The notes under the pieces were generated by a model. That model saw only the letters and a program-made list of their open reading frames with translations, had not been told where the DNA came from and did not search any database. Of a stretch of 64,000 nucleotides of DNA, positions 63,231 to 64,000 are shown piece after piece. Numbering within the stretch: the first letter of the stretch is position 1; each line of letters opens with the position of its first letter. The stretch is from Alphaproteobacteria bacterium (GTDB lineage Bacteria > Pseudomonadota > Alphaproteobacteria > JAAXGF01): positions 352,001-416,000 of the forward strand of contig CAUVXB020000001.1 in assembly GCA_963555825.3 (NCBI GenBank), written 5' to 3'. A program made the translations under genes and the position numbers.

Positions 63231-64000
63231 CCGTCGCGCTTGACGGGTCGTTGCATGAAAGCGGGCACATGGTCGCCCATGCCGACGACCGGCCCGCGAT
63301 TCGCCGGCGCGTCGGCCGCGGTCTCGACCGGGCGGACCTTCCTCGGCGCGCGCTCGGCTTTTTTCTCGCGCGGCTTTGTCTCGCGCTTCTCGCCGACCTT
63401 CGCCTTGCGCCGCCCGCCGCGCTTGGGTTTGGCGTCCTCGACGGGCGCCGCGGGCGTCTCGGTGGCAGCCGCCGCCGGCGTTTCGGCAGCCCCGGCGGCC
63501 TCTGGCTCGGCTTTCGGCGGGCTGCCCGCTTCGACACGTGGAATCTTGCGGCCGATCAGCCTCTCGATGGCGTCGACGAACTTGACCTCCTCGGGCGTCG
63601 CGATGGTGATCGCACGGCCCCGGTGGCCGGCGCGGCCGGTGCGGCCGATGCGGTGCACGTAGTCCTCGGCGTGGGTCGGCACGTCGTAATTGAAGACGTG
63701 GCTGAGGCCGAAGATGTCGAGCCCGCGGCCGGCCACGTCGGTGGCGACGAGGAATCGGATGTCGCCCCGCTTGAAACTTTCGAGCGTCTCGGTGCGCGAG
63801 CCCTGGTCCATGTCGCCGTGCAGCGCAGCAGCGCCAAAGCCAGAGCGCTTGAGCGAGCGGAACAGCGTGTCGACGTCGCGCTTGCGGTTGCAGAAGATCA
63901 GCGCGTTCTTGACCGCTTCGCCGCCGAGCTGCTCGCGCAAAAGCTTGCCCTTGGTGCGCGCGTTGACGACGATCAGCGTCTGGTTGACGGTCTCGGCGGG
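63227..64000 (-). CDS. DEAD-box RNA helicase, C-terminal part (5' end outside the window)
   Basis: LIFCN, LHGDMDQ, ATDVAGRGLD and YVHRIGRTGRAG motifs. Confidence 0.95.
   Translation of the reverse strand, partial: PAETVNQTLIVVNARTKGKLLREQLGGEAVKNALIFCNRKRDVDTLFRSLKRSGFGAAALHGDMDQGSRTETLESFKRGDIRFLVATDVAGRGLDIFGLSHVFNYDVPTHAEDYVHRIGRTGRAGHRGRAITIATPEEVKFVDAIERLIGRKIPRVEAGSPPKAEPEAAGAAETPAAAATETPAAPVEDAKPKRGGRRKAKVGEKRETKPREKKAERAPRKVRPVETAADAPANRGPVVGMGDHVPAFMQRPVKRDG

Overview
GC-rich chromosome segment with alphaproteobacterial gene content, undergoing heavy insertion-sequence expansion and gene decay. About 16 IS copies or remnants cover roughly a third of the window: IS1595 x3, IS21 x2, IS256, IS1182-type x3, IS3, an IS6 remnant, IS630 x3, IS110 and ISKra4. 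Several are nested in each other's terminal repeats. Intact backbone genes include argD-argF, argE, a GcvT-family dehydrogenase, an MFS/LysR pair, the AmmeMemoRadiSam locus, an M48 peptidase, a DEAD-box helicase and cytochrome aa3 subunit IV. A decayed large-serine-recombinase island (DUF2924, DUF3489, DUF5681, ParB-methyltransferase, XRE, Mrr-like nuclease) sits at tRNA-Ser(GCT). Most notable observations: (i) an operon encoding an HTH + MmyB/PAS-like + adenylate cyclase fusion and a GAF-HD-GYP protein behind palindromic sites; (ii) an IS110 whose non-coding end carries visible target- and donor-matching guide segments (bridge RNA); (iii) all three in-frame nonsense codons fall on expected Tyr positions; (iv) a ~170-bp structured dispersed repeat with compensatory changes; (v) an island-specific GACTTC-N7-CGGCAAG upstream motif. 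Family assignments rest on motif recognition by eye, not on database searches.
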